IMG/VR virus record: IMGVR_UViG_3300045391_005020
Origin: a virus
Taxonomy: Duplodnaviria; Caudoviricetes
Length of the DNA stretch: 64,000 nucleotides
Reading direction: 5' to 3' (one strand)
The position numbers and the translations under genes were made by a program. A model generated the notes under the pieces. It saw only the letters and a list, made by a program, of their open reading frames with translations. It was not told the DNA's origin and did not search any database. Position 1 is the first letter of the stretch. Every line of letters starts with the position of its first letter. This document shows positions 37,901 through 44,775 of this stretch, piece by piece.

Positions 37901-39313
37901 CTTTGCGAGCTCGCCCGGGAAAGCGATCGCGTGGTTCGCCATCTGGCGCGCCGACAGCGTCTCGAGTTTACCGGTCGCGGGATCGCGGAGCGTTGTGTAC
38001 AGCTGACCGTCTGAGCCCTTGAGGGCCGCGTCGGTAACGCGCATGTCGAGGCCGATGTTCGATGACTCCGGGGCGCGCACGCCATCGATGATGCCGAAGT
38101 AACTCGGCTGCACGCCTCGCGCGTCACGCGAGACAGATTGGGTGGAGCTGATTCCGCCCTCGCCCAGGCGCGTGATTGCCTGACGCTGATCGTAGGTCTC
38201 GAACGGGTTGATGTCTTCGACCGCCGAACTGAGTCCGGTGCGGTACAGTGCGTGTACATTCGGGGTCAGGATGCCGGAACGGAGCTTGTCGAGCTTGCCC
38301 GATTTCGCCGCACCCCAAAGGAGCTTGCGCATCTCGCCAGCCTGGTCGCGCTCGAGACGTTCACGGATCAGATCCTCGGCCGAGTGGACCGACTGGAACG
38401 CTTGCGAGTCGCGGTTGTCGCCCTCTTCCTGGTTGTTCGCGACGCGCAGAATTTTCTGCGTCGCCTTCGTGAGCGCGTCGAGTCCTGGGCGATCGTGCTG
38501 ACCGCCGAGCGTGAGCTCACTGACTTCCGGATCGATGCGGGCGCGGTCCAGAATGGTCTGCAGGGCTTTCGGGAGTTCGTGATCGGGAGCTTCGCGCTCA
38601 GCTTGGCGGCCGAGCTTCTGGACAACCTTGCGGAGATCCTGCTGATCGTGACCGCTGACTTCGCGCCAGTTCTGTTTGAACAGCTGTTCGCCCCAAGCCT
38701 GCTTGAGATCTTCGTCTTTGACCCCCAGCGCTTTCAGGAGTGGATACAGACGCGTCTTTGACTGTTCGACCTGGAGGTTGAACACACCAGTTTCGGGATC
38801 CAGGTTGACGCGGAATCCGCGACCAGTGCCGGGCTTCACGTTCACGTGCGCCTCGACGCCGCCATTCTGCTGACGCCGCACGTACACGCCCGGACGCAAC
38901 CGGGCCTGATTCCTGATCGAATAAGGAACACCGTTGTGAATGAAGAGACCGCGCGAGTTCAGGTGCGGCACGTGGGCCAGCACCGCGTTCTGTTCATCCA
39001 GGACCTGGTTGGTCTTGTTGTCGACGAGTCGGATCCGTCCCTTGATCGCGCGCTGGAGACGGCCGCCTTCCAGGAGAGCTTTCTTTTCGTCAGCACGAGT
39101 CGGATTGTAGTCGCCGTCGTAGTCGGCATTCACCAGTTCGATCCGGTGCGTGTCGTTCTGGATCGGAAAACGTGTTCGAACGCCCTCGAGGGCGTTGTCG
39201 TAGATGGCTTGGCGCTGGCCAGCGACGTCGTCAAAGCGACGAAGCGTGACGGGCTTAGGCGGCGTTACCGGCTTAGGCGCGGCGCCGGATAGGGCATCAA
39301 GAAAGTCGGCCAT
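34907..39313 (-). CDS. rpoB-rpoC: Phage RNA polymerase beta subunit fused to beta' N-terminal catalytic half
   Basis: Beta motifs: APESSNIGL, RLLMGARMTTQALPL, TYDDSVAISE, GSKLSGQYGNKGVVSKI, ILKLHH, GSKRIG, LLRSAGVNI. Then in frame, beta' motifs: GGLFD, VLPPKHRP, RFQRKVLGNSVDTIGRSVI, NRAPSLHR, NADFDGD (35171-35191). Confidence 0.95.
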   Translation of the reverse strand: MADFLDALSGAAPKPVTPPKPVTLRRFDDVAGQRQAIYDNALEGVRTRFPIQNDTHRIELVNADYDGDYNPTRADEKKALLEGGRLQRAIKGRIRLVDNKTNQVLDEQNAVLAHVPHLNSRGLFIHNGVPYSIRNQARLRPGVYVRRQQNGGVEAHVNVKPGTGRGFRVNLDPETGVFNLQVEQSKTRLYPLLKALGVKDEDLKQAWGEQLFKQNWREVSGHDQQDLRKVVQKLGRQAEREAPDHELPKALQTILDRARIDPEVSELTLGGQHDRPGLDALTKATQKILRVANNQEEGDNRDSQAFQSVHSAEDLIRERLERDQAGEMRKLLWGAAKSGKLDKLRSGILTPNVHALYRTGLSSAVEDINPFETYDQRQAITRLGEGGISSTQSVSRDARGVQPSYFGIIDGVRAPESSNIGLDMRVTDAALKGSDGQLYTTLRDPATGKLETLSARQMANHAIAFPGELAKGERKVRAMVGHKIQYIDRSKVKYELPDATHLFSRASNMVPLLEGVKSQRLLMGARMTTQALPLKDAEAPLVHPLDHEGKSFYQQMGSHAGAVHSEAPGRVVKVTPDGIDVLHEGGQQKHYELYNHYPLARKTMLHNTPVVQAGDVVQPGQLLAHSNFTDRNGHAAPGRNLRVAYLAGEGLTYDDSVAISESAAKKLSSEHQYKHSLDLGDEVHSTKTNDYRAIYGDRFSKAQYDKLDESGTVQVGQTINPGDPVMVAIGKRQGRAQGALTNGPKSLYTDISQVWDHPQPGVVTDVARTRSGVKVTVKSYEPMSVGSKLSGQYGNKGVVSKIIPDDQMPHDEDGRPMDVLMAPTGIITRVNPSSLVTTLLGKIAEKRGQPYNLKSFSTPEGLADFALNEAHKHGVKETETLRDPRNGRRIPNVFTGNQYILKLHHTAESKMSARDTGGYSADESPARGGPDGSKRIGLLDIHSLLSAGATEFLKDAKLVRGQRNDDFWRQLKTGQTPAQQGKSFANGHFLDLLRSAGVNIKDKPDGRQQLGFMTDADVDRLAQHEISKPDTFDFNTMKPVEGGLFDLGKTGGAEGTRFSKIVLPAKIPNPMAEEPITRILGLTGKKFEQILAGKEQINGKSGPQAIEDALKTINVDREIELAKQQVRTASRSNRDDAVRRLGYLQGLKTQGVKPEDLMISKMAVLPPKHRPIMRARGVDMIHDANYLYKDLMESAKNYQGAGEELGENGDEYLTMYNAAKAVAGLTDPVNPKTAEQGVRGMLRFAIGVKDSPKYSRFQRKVLGNSVDTIGRSVITIDPELDMDQVGIPEDMAWRMFRPFVIRRLVREGTPAAEAVKAVRDRTPAAKHHLDAEMKVRPVIYNRAPSLHRFNYVAGHARINKDSSISISQSVTKGMNADFDGDAINVHLPVSDKAVDEAKEKLLPSKNLLHPASFDVHLLPSQEYLAGLYLASQPDKARQTRVFATKEDVLKAYKRGEISVRDPVKILHP

Positions 39314-40202
39314 CGAGCCGAGCTTTCAGGTTCGCCCCCAGGGCGGCAGCTTTCGCGAGTGGCTGGGCCGCGGCGATGGGATCCGGTTCAGTCGGCTTTG
39401 GGGCGACCGGTTTGTCGACCACGATCGGTTCGAGTTCCGCATCGGCCGGTTGGACCGCGCGGTTGTTGTAGAACTTCTTGATCGCAGTGGCGGCCTGGCG
39501 GTATTTGTTAGCCTTGTCCGACTTCCGGTATGCACGAATCGCCATGATGGTGCCGAGTAGCGCGACCGGAATTCCGATCGGGGCAATCATGTTGGTGCCG
39601 GCTTCTAGCGCGCCCTTGGCGGCGTCGCCAACCGCATTCCGGAGACCCATGCCGGCGTTCGTGAGAGTACGGTTGATTGGACCCAGGATCGAATCTCCGA
39701 GTCCGGCGTTCTTCGCGAAGTAATGATCTTCAGCGGCCTTCATTTGCGCGTGGAGCGCGATGTCAGTCATGTCCGGCTTGTCGCTCAGGAGTTTCTGGAC
39801 GCGATTGCGCGCGTGATCCAAACGCTTCTTTGCCAGTTCGCGGCGCTGATTGTCGAAGTAGGCGTCGAGACCCTTCCAGCCCGCGTACGCGCCGCCAGCC
39901 AAGAGTCCGCCCGTCAGGATGTTGTCCATTAGACCCGTGATGGCAGCGGCCTTCACGTGTCGAACCTTTTGGCCCTGGGCTTCGAGCTGCGCAGCTTCCT
40001 CGGGCGAGAGTTCGACCGGCATCTTGACGCTCGGACGTTCGATCTTCGGGAGATCGACAGGCGGACGGTAGTCCTTGCCCTTCGCAAGCTCGATGAGGCG
40101 CTTGACCGCGCGGGTGCCGATTCCGGCCCCGACCCCCAACAGACCGGCGCCGAGGATGTCGCCTCGGTCCATGTTGAAAAAGTCTGCGGTCTTCTGGGTC
40201 AT
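39297..40202 (-). CDS. Putative internal/ejection protein with Gly-rich hydrophobic helices
   Basis: N-terminal QKTA; three Gly-rich hydrophobic segments separated by K-x-A; no Cys. Confidence 0.55.
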   Translation of the reverse strand: MTQKTADFFNMDRGDILGAGLLGVGAGIGTRAVKRLIELAKGKDYRPPVDLPKIERPSVKMPVELSPEEAAQLEAQGQKVRHVKAAAITGLMDNILTGGLLAGGAYAGWKGLDAYFDNQRRELAKKRLDHARNRVQKLLSDKPDMTDIALHAQMKAAEDHYFAKNAGLGDSILGPINRTLTNAGMGLRNAVGDAAKGALEAGTNMIAPIGIPVALLGTIMAIRAYRKSDKANKYRQAATAIKKFYNNRAVQPADAELEPIVVDKPVAPKPTEPDPIAAAQPLAKAAALGANLKARLDGRLS

Positions 40203-40519
40203 TGCTCTACTTTATAACTCTTGGTCGCCCATCGCAATAAAGTGACATAGCGGTTATTTTTGGAGTCCCAGTCCGGGCCGTTCTTCTCGCAGAACACCGC
40301 GGAGCCGTCGCAGATCTGCTGCCAAACCGCCTCGCATTCCTTCATCTGCTTCTCGTCCGAGAGGTCGAACAGGCGGTAGTGGGCCGTCCAGATCTCCTGC
40401 GGCTTCTTGCTCTTGGGATCGTTCGGGTGGATCAGCGGTATTTCGGGACCGTTGATCTCGACCAGCTTGGGAGCCTGGTACCGGACCGTTTCCATCTTGT
40501 CGGGAATCTTGACCTGCAT
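40199..40519 (-). CDS. Hypothetical protein
   Basis: 106 aa; stop overlaps the next ATG. Confidence 0.6.
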   Translation of the reverse strand: MQVKIPDKMETVRYQAPKLVEINGPEIPLIHPNDPKSKKPQEIWTAHYRLFDLSDEKQMKECEAVWQQICDGSAVFCEKNGPDWDSKNNRYVTLLRWATKSYKVEQ

Positions 40520-40545
40520 GTTGGAATTACCTGCGTGGAGAACGG

Positions 40546-41205
40546 TTAGGCTTTGAGACGACGCTTATCCAGGATCAATTTGAGAGCGCGGGCGCGGCGC
40601 TGGGATTCGAGGCGATCGCCGGCCTGTTCGAGCTCGCGCTGCTCGAGCAGCATGTTGGTCACATCTTGGTCAGTCTGGTCCATGCCAGCCATCTGGTTCG
40701 CCAGCACGCCGGTGTTGGTCGCCAGGGTGTTGCCGAGGCCGATGCCGGCGTTGATCGGGGCACCGATGACGTCGTGGAGGTTGGCGACCAGGGTCGCCTT
40801 TTTGGAGAACAGGCCCTTCTGGACCGCGCCCTTGGCGAAGCCGTACCGGAACGCGTCGCGACGCTCCTGCTCTGTGTTGTCGCTGCCAGACTTACGCATC
40901 TCGAGTACTCCCGTGTTCATCAAGGTTCCCAAGCCCATTCCGAGGTTCCGGAACGTGGACAGGGTGCCCTGACTCACACCAAACATTTTGCCCATCAGGG
41001 TGCCGACCCCATAGCCGATTCCGGCCCCGACCGCGCCTTTGACCACATCAGCGAGACCGATGGTGCGCTTGTCGGGTGTGTTCGCCTCGTTCTGGAGGGC
41101 GGACATCGCCTTCGCCTTCCCCCACAGACTGAGGGACGGGTCGGCCATGATGTCCTTCTCAGCTTTCTGGAGCGAGAAGCGCGCGACTGCGGAATCGATG
41201 CTCAT
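40546..41205 (-). CDS. Putative internal/ejection protein (glycine-zipper-like)
   Basis: GAVGAGIGYGVGTLMG; ERRDAFRYGFAKGA motif; no Cys. Confidence 0.55.
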   Translation of the reverse strand: MSIDSAVARFSLQKAEKDIMADPSLSLWGKAKAMSALQNEANTPDKRTIGLADVVKGAVGAGIGYGVGTLMGKMFGVSQGTLSTFRNLGMGLGTLMNTGVLEMRKSGSDNTEQERRDAFRYGFAKGAVQKGLFSKKATLVANLHDVIGAPINAGIGLGNTLATNTGVLANQMAGMDQTDQDVTNMLLEQRELEQAGDRLESQRRARALKLILDKRRLKA

Positions 41206-42116
41206 TGAAGTTTACTCTGCACCCAACCCCAGGCGGTATTGAGCGGATCAGTATAGCCATTGGTCGGCGCTGCGGCCGGAGCGGGCTGGGCCGCCGGGGC
41301 GGGCTGAGCTCCCGGCATCTGGATCCCGAAATGTCCGAGCACGGCCGCGGTTGGGTTCTCGTTGAACTTCTGGACCGCGGCGTCGCCGAATTGCTTCTTG
41401 AGGTCAACGAATCCGCTCGAGCCCACCATCTGGAGTCCCGAAAGGACTGGCGCCCATTTCTTGTCTTCCTCGGGTGACGTCTTTCCTGCGCTGTAACGAG
41501 GAAGGAACTCGGAAAATTCCGGGCTCTTGGCAGCGCTGATGAGCTCGTACGCCTGCTTGCCGCCAAACGCGGTGGCGAGCAACCCGACAATCTGGCCGAG
41601 CCGGTTTCCGGATAGCATGCCGATGATCCCGAGCGGAATCATCAGGAGCGACGGATTGCCCTTCAGCATGTCCATGAATCCGCCGGCACCCTGTTCCTTC
41701 ATGCGTTTCATCGCATCGTCGTGAACTTGCTCACCCTTCTTGCGGGCTTGCTGCTGGAGCCAGTTTTCCTGAGCCGGTTGTTCGGGCTTCGGGGCTTGTT
41801 CCGGTTTCGTGGTCAGATCCGGTTTCGGAGCTTCGCCGGTCGGAGCCGGAGCCGGGGGCTTCTGGGGAGCCGGAGCGGGGGCCGGCGCCGGTGCGGCTGT
41901 GTTCGGAGTTGCCGCCGCTGTGTTCGGAGTTGCCGCCGCTGTGTTCGGAGCTGGGGGCGGAGTGTTCGGAGTTGTTGCCTGCGGCTTGATCGGCTGGACG
42001 GTCACCGGCGACGGAGTCGTGGGCGCGGGTGGCGTCAGGATGGGGCCGTCCTTCGCAACCTTGGTCTGACCACGGGCGCGCTGGAGGGCTTCGATTGCGA
42101 GGTTACGGGTGGACAT
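41202..42116 (-). CDS. Putative internal/ejection protein, Pro-rich with hydrophobic hairpin
   Basis: TKVA after an N-terminal leader; LLMIPLGIIGMLSG...IVGLLATAFGG; no Cys. Confidence 0.55.
   Translation of the reverse strand: MSTRNLAIEALQRARGQTKVAKDGPILTPPAPTTPSPVTVQPIKPQATTPNTPPPAPNTAAATPNTAAATPNTAAPAPAPAPAPQKPPAPAPTGEAPKPDLTTKPEQAPKPEQPAQENWLQQQARKKGEQVHDDAMKRMKEQGAGGFMDMLKGNPSLLMIPLGIIGMLSGNRLGQIVGLLATAFGGKQAYELISAAKSPEFSEFLPRYSAGKTSPEEDKKWAPVLSGLQMVGSSGFVDLKKQFGDAAVQKFNENPTAAVLGHFGIQMPGAQPAPAAQPAPAAAPTNGYTDPLNTAWGWVQSKLQ
41896..41950. repeat. 21-bp coding tandem repeat (~2.6 copies; PNTAAAT)
   Basis: GCTGTGTTCGGAGTTGCCGCC repeated directly. Confidence 0.85.
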
Positions 42117-44418
42117 TCGGGGTGCCGATGGGCTGTACTGGTTTTACCGGTGCGGTGGCCGGATGACCAGCCTGAACGGGCGCCAGGGCCGGTTTGGGCG
42201 CTTGCGGCGCGACCGGAGTAGCCGGTTTCGCCGGCTTGTCGGGAGCCCAGGTGTAGTTGGGAACCCGTCCTGTGCGGTCATATTTGCCCCACAGGTAATC
42301 CTGAATTGGGCCGCCAGCTTTGGTCGCTTCTTCCTGGGTTGCAGGGTGGAACGATTCGTAGAGCTGCTTGCCGACCGCGCCTTCAGGGTCGCGAACCAAG
42401 TCAGTCCCAAAGTGTTGATCACGATAGTTCAGCGCCTGTTCGACGCTGTTGTCCCAGTCCTGCCTGGTGGCTTTCTGGACGTCGTACGTGGGAACCTTGG
42501 TTAGCCCTTCGACAGCCTTGTGAACTTGGTCGCCGTACACCGGTGAACCGCTTTCGATCCCGAGTTGGTCGAGCGTCTGACGCGCCGCAATTTCCGCGCG
42601 TTGCTTGGCGTACTCGGCCTTTCGGTCCTCGGGCAGGTAACGATAGACGGGGTGCTGTTCCAGCATCTTCATCATCTGCTGATAACCAGCTTCTTGGGCC
42701 TGATTGATCGCGATGGTTCGCATCGCGGCCCGGTATGCGTCGGCATTGTTCGAGCCTTCGTTCGCTGTGCCGTATCGTCCGAGCAACGCGCCTTGACCAG
42801 TTGCATCGCGGCGGCCCTGATCAGCACCTGTGACGGCCTTGGCAGATTCCGTTCCCACACCGAGGAACGGCGCGACGCCAGACCACAGCGTACGACCGAC
42901 TCCGGTCGGCTGGCCTTCGGTTTCGAGGACGCGGTTGTAGACGCGGCGCCACTGCTCGTCTCGCACCGGGTCGGTGCCGTTGATCGCCATGCTGCCCAGC
43001 TCGCCGAGCGATTGAGCACCGGAAGCGAGTGTACCGATAATGGCCGTGTTCCGGAGCGCGTTCACGGCCTTTCCTGCGCCAGTGACTGCGGGCGCGACCG
43101 GGCCGATCAATCTACCTGGTAGGGTACGTGAGATGTTCGCGTTGATCGGATTCGTTAAGCCGCTCCATGGTAGCTTGAGACTGTTGACGGTACCGCGGAG
43201 TCCGCGCTGCAGCAAATTGCCGGACGGAGAGAGGGATTCGGTCGTCATTCCGGTCGGAGAGAGCCGACGCAGGAATTCTCCCGTGCCCATAAATTGTCCG
43301 ACCATCGACGCCGAGTTGTTGGCGTCATTGAGCAAAGCGAGTTGTCGCTCCGGTTTGGAGAAGTCGTGATTCTTGAGTCCTTCCCAGGTATCGGCCGCCA
43401 GGGGCAACATGGTCGCAGCAGTCGTGCCCCAGGCGCCGAACCCTTTCGGATTCAAACGATATGGGATGCTCGACGCCACATTACTCGGAACCTGGGACAG
43501 GCTCAGGATCTCGCGGCGCGCAGTGTCGTTTCCGACTACGTTCTGCGGCTGCGTGGCATGGAAGGATTTCAGTTCTTGCCCAACGCTCTGAGCTTCGGGT
43601 GAGTCAGGGCCGTGCTCGGCAACCATCTTTTGATAATTCGCCTGCAGTTCTGCCAGACGTGAATTGCTCTGCAGGCTAGCTGCGTCTTCGGGTTGCAGCT
43701 CACTCGAGTTCCGGTTTGGCAGACGTGCAGCGACGATTGGAGTTACGTTAGATGCAGCGGCGTTGATGGCGCCGCGTGCTAGGCCAGCAAAACGTCCAAC
43801 CCCAGGAATCATGTTGGCAAGTCCGGCTCCGATCGCGGTTACTGGAGCGTCGGTCAGACGGCCGGCGATCGTAGCATTTTCGGCAGAGGGGCTGGATCCC
43901 TGAAGGTGCGCTTGATCGGCGGCGGGTTGGTAGCCGCTTCGACGCAGAACGTGTTCTTGGTTGATCTCGTTGCTGAGATCACGCGCACGCGTGTTCGCCA
44001 GACCGCCGTGACCCTCGGCGGCGCGCGTGTCGGACTCCATCCGGTTCTGCGCCCACGACTTCATGTTCGGATCCGACATGTAGAGCTTGGTCGATTTGAG
44101 AAGCTCGCCTTCGAGTTGCGCTGGATCCAAATCCGACCAGTCGCGATTATTCGCGAGGTAGCTGAGGGTCCACTGGGCCAATGGATCTTTGGTCTTCTGG
44201 AGTGCGGCCTGGAGGGCGGCCTCCATGGACGGGTCGATCGCAAGCTTCTCGAGCGCGTCGACGTACGAACGAGCCCAAGCGACTTTCTGTTTATCGAAGT
44301 CGATCTTGTTCTGCTTGTGCTCTTCGGTGCCCGCGAGATTGACGGTCGGGTAGTGATCCTTCTTGCCGCGCAAATGGAACGAGCGCGGCCGAGTGACCCG
44401 AATGGCCTTCTTGGCCAC
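42103..44418 (-). CDS. Large putative internal/ejection protein
   Basis: 771 aa, Gly/Ala-rich amphipathic; leader ends at DALEKLA; no Cys. Confidence 0.55.
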   Translation of the reverse strand: MAKKAIRVTRPRSFHLRGKKDHYPTVNLAGTEEHKQNKIDFDKQKVAWARSYVDALEKLAIDPSMEAALQAALQKTKDPLAQWTLSYLANNRDWSDLDPAQLEGELLKSTKLYMSDPNMKSWAQNRMESDTRAAEGHGGLANTRARDLSNEINQEHVLRRSGYQPAADQAHLQGSSPSAENATIAGRLTDAPVTAIGAGLANMIPGVGRFAGLARGAINAAASNVTPIVAARLPNRNSSELQPEDAASLQSNSRLAELQANYQKMVAEHGPDSPEAQSVGQELKSFHATQPQNVVGNDTARREILSLSQVPSNVASSIPYRLNPKGFGAWGTTAATMLPLAADTWEGLKNHDFSKPERQLALLNDANNSASMVGQFMGTGEFLRRLSPTGMTTESLSPSGNLLQRGLRGTVNSLKLPWSGLTNPINANISRTLPGRLIGPVAPAVTGAGKAVNALRNTAIIGTLASGAQSLGELGSMAINGTDPVRDEQWRRVYNRVLETEGQPTGVGRTLWSGVAPFLGVGTESAKAVTGADQGRRDATGQGALLGRYGTANEGSNNADAYRAAMRTIAINQAQEAGYQQMMKMLEQHPVYRYLPEDRKAEYAKQRAEIAARQTLDQLGIESGSPVYGDQVHKAVEGLTKVPTYDVQKATRQDWDNSVEQALNYRDQHFGTDLVRDPEGAVGKQLYESFHPATQEEATKAGGPIQDYLWGKYDRTGRVPNYTWAPDKPAKPATPVAPQAPKPALAPVQAGHPATAPVKPVQPIGTPNVHP

Positions 44419-44420
44419 GA

Positions 44421-44750
44421 TTACGCCAGACGCGGTTGCGGCTTCTGCTTCTTACGCAGCAGGTGGGAGAGAAGGAGACCGGCGCCAAGGCCGGCGGCGC
44501 CGATGCCCGCCATCTGGTGCGAGGTGTCCCACTTGCGCGGGTCAAGGCTGTTGAAGCCCTTCATGTAGTTGACGCCTTGATCGACGTACGGCTTGGCCGC
44601 GTCGAGGGCCTGATGCCCGAGGGCCAGGCCCTTGTCGGTCATGCTCGGCTCAACCGCCGGAGCCGGGGCAGGCGCTGCGGCCGGAACAGGAGCCGGGATT
44701 TCGGCATGCTTGGTCAGCAGAGTGGACAGGACTTTACGTGCATCGGCCAT
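44421..44750 (-). CDS. Small putative internal protein with C-terminal hydrophobic helix
   Basis: TKHA; MAGIGAAGLGAGLLLSHLLRKK. Confidence 0.55.
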   Translation of the reverse strand: MADARKVLSTLLTKHAEIPAPVPAAAPAPAPAVEPSMTDKGLALGHQALDAAKPYVDQGVNYMKGFNSLDPRKWDTSHQMAGIGAAGLGAGLLLSHLLRKKQKPQPRLA

Positions 44751-44775
44751 GACAGAACCTCGTGATCAGTCAATA

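Noticed and set aside
39110-39130. Second catalytic-looking motif NADYDGD near the N-terminus of the beta-beta' fusion
   Set aside because: It aligns with the beta N-terminal FPI...L region, not a double-psi barrel, and lacks the flanking NRAP/H context; most likely coincidence.
32112-39313. Possibility that the rpoB/rpoC genes are host chromosomal or a chimeric contig
   Set aside because: No ribosomal protein or other housekeeping neighbours; the sequences are highly divergent and shortened, and overlap or abut phage head genes.
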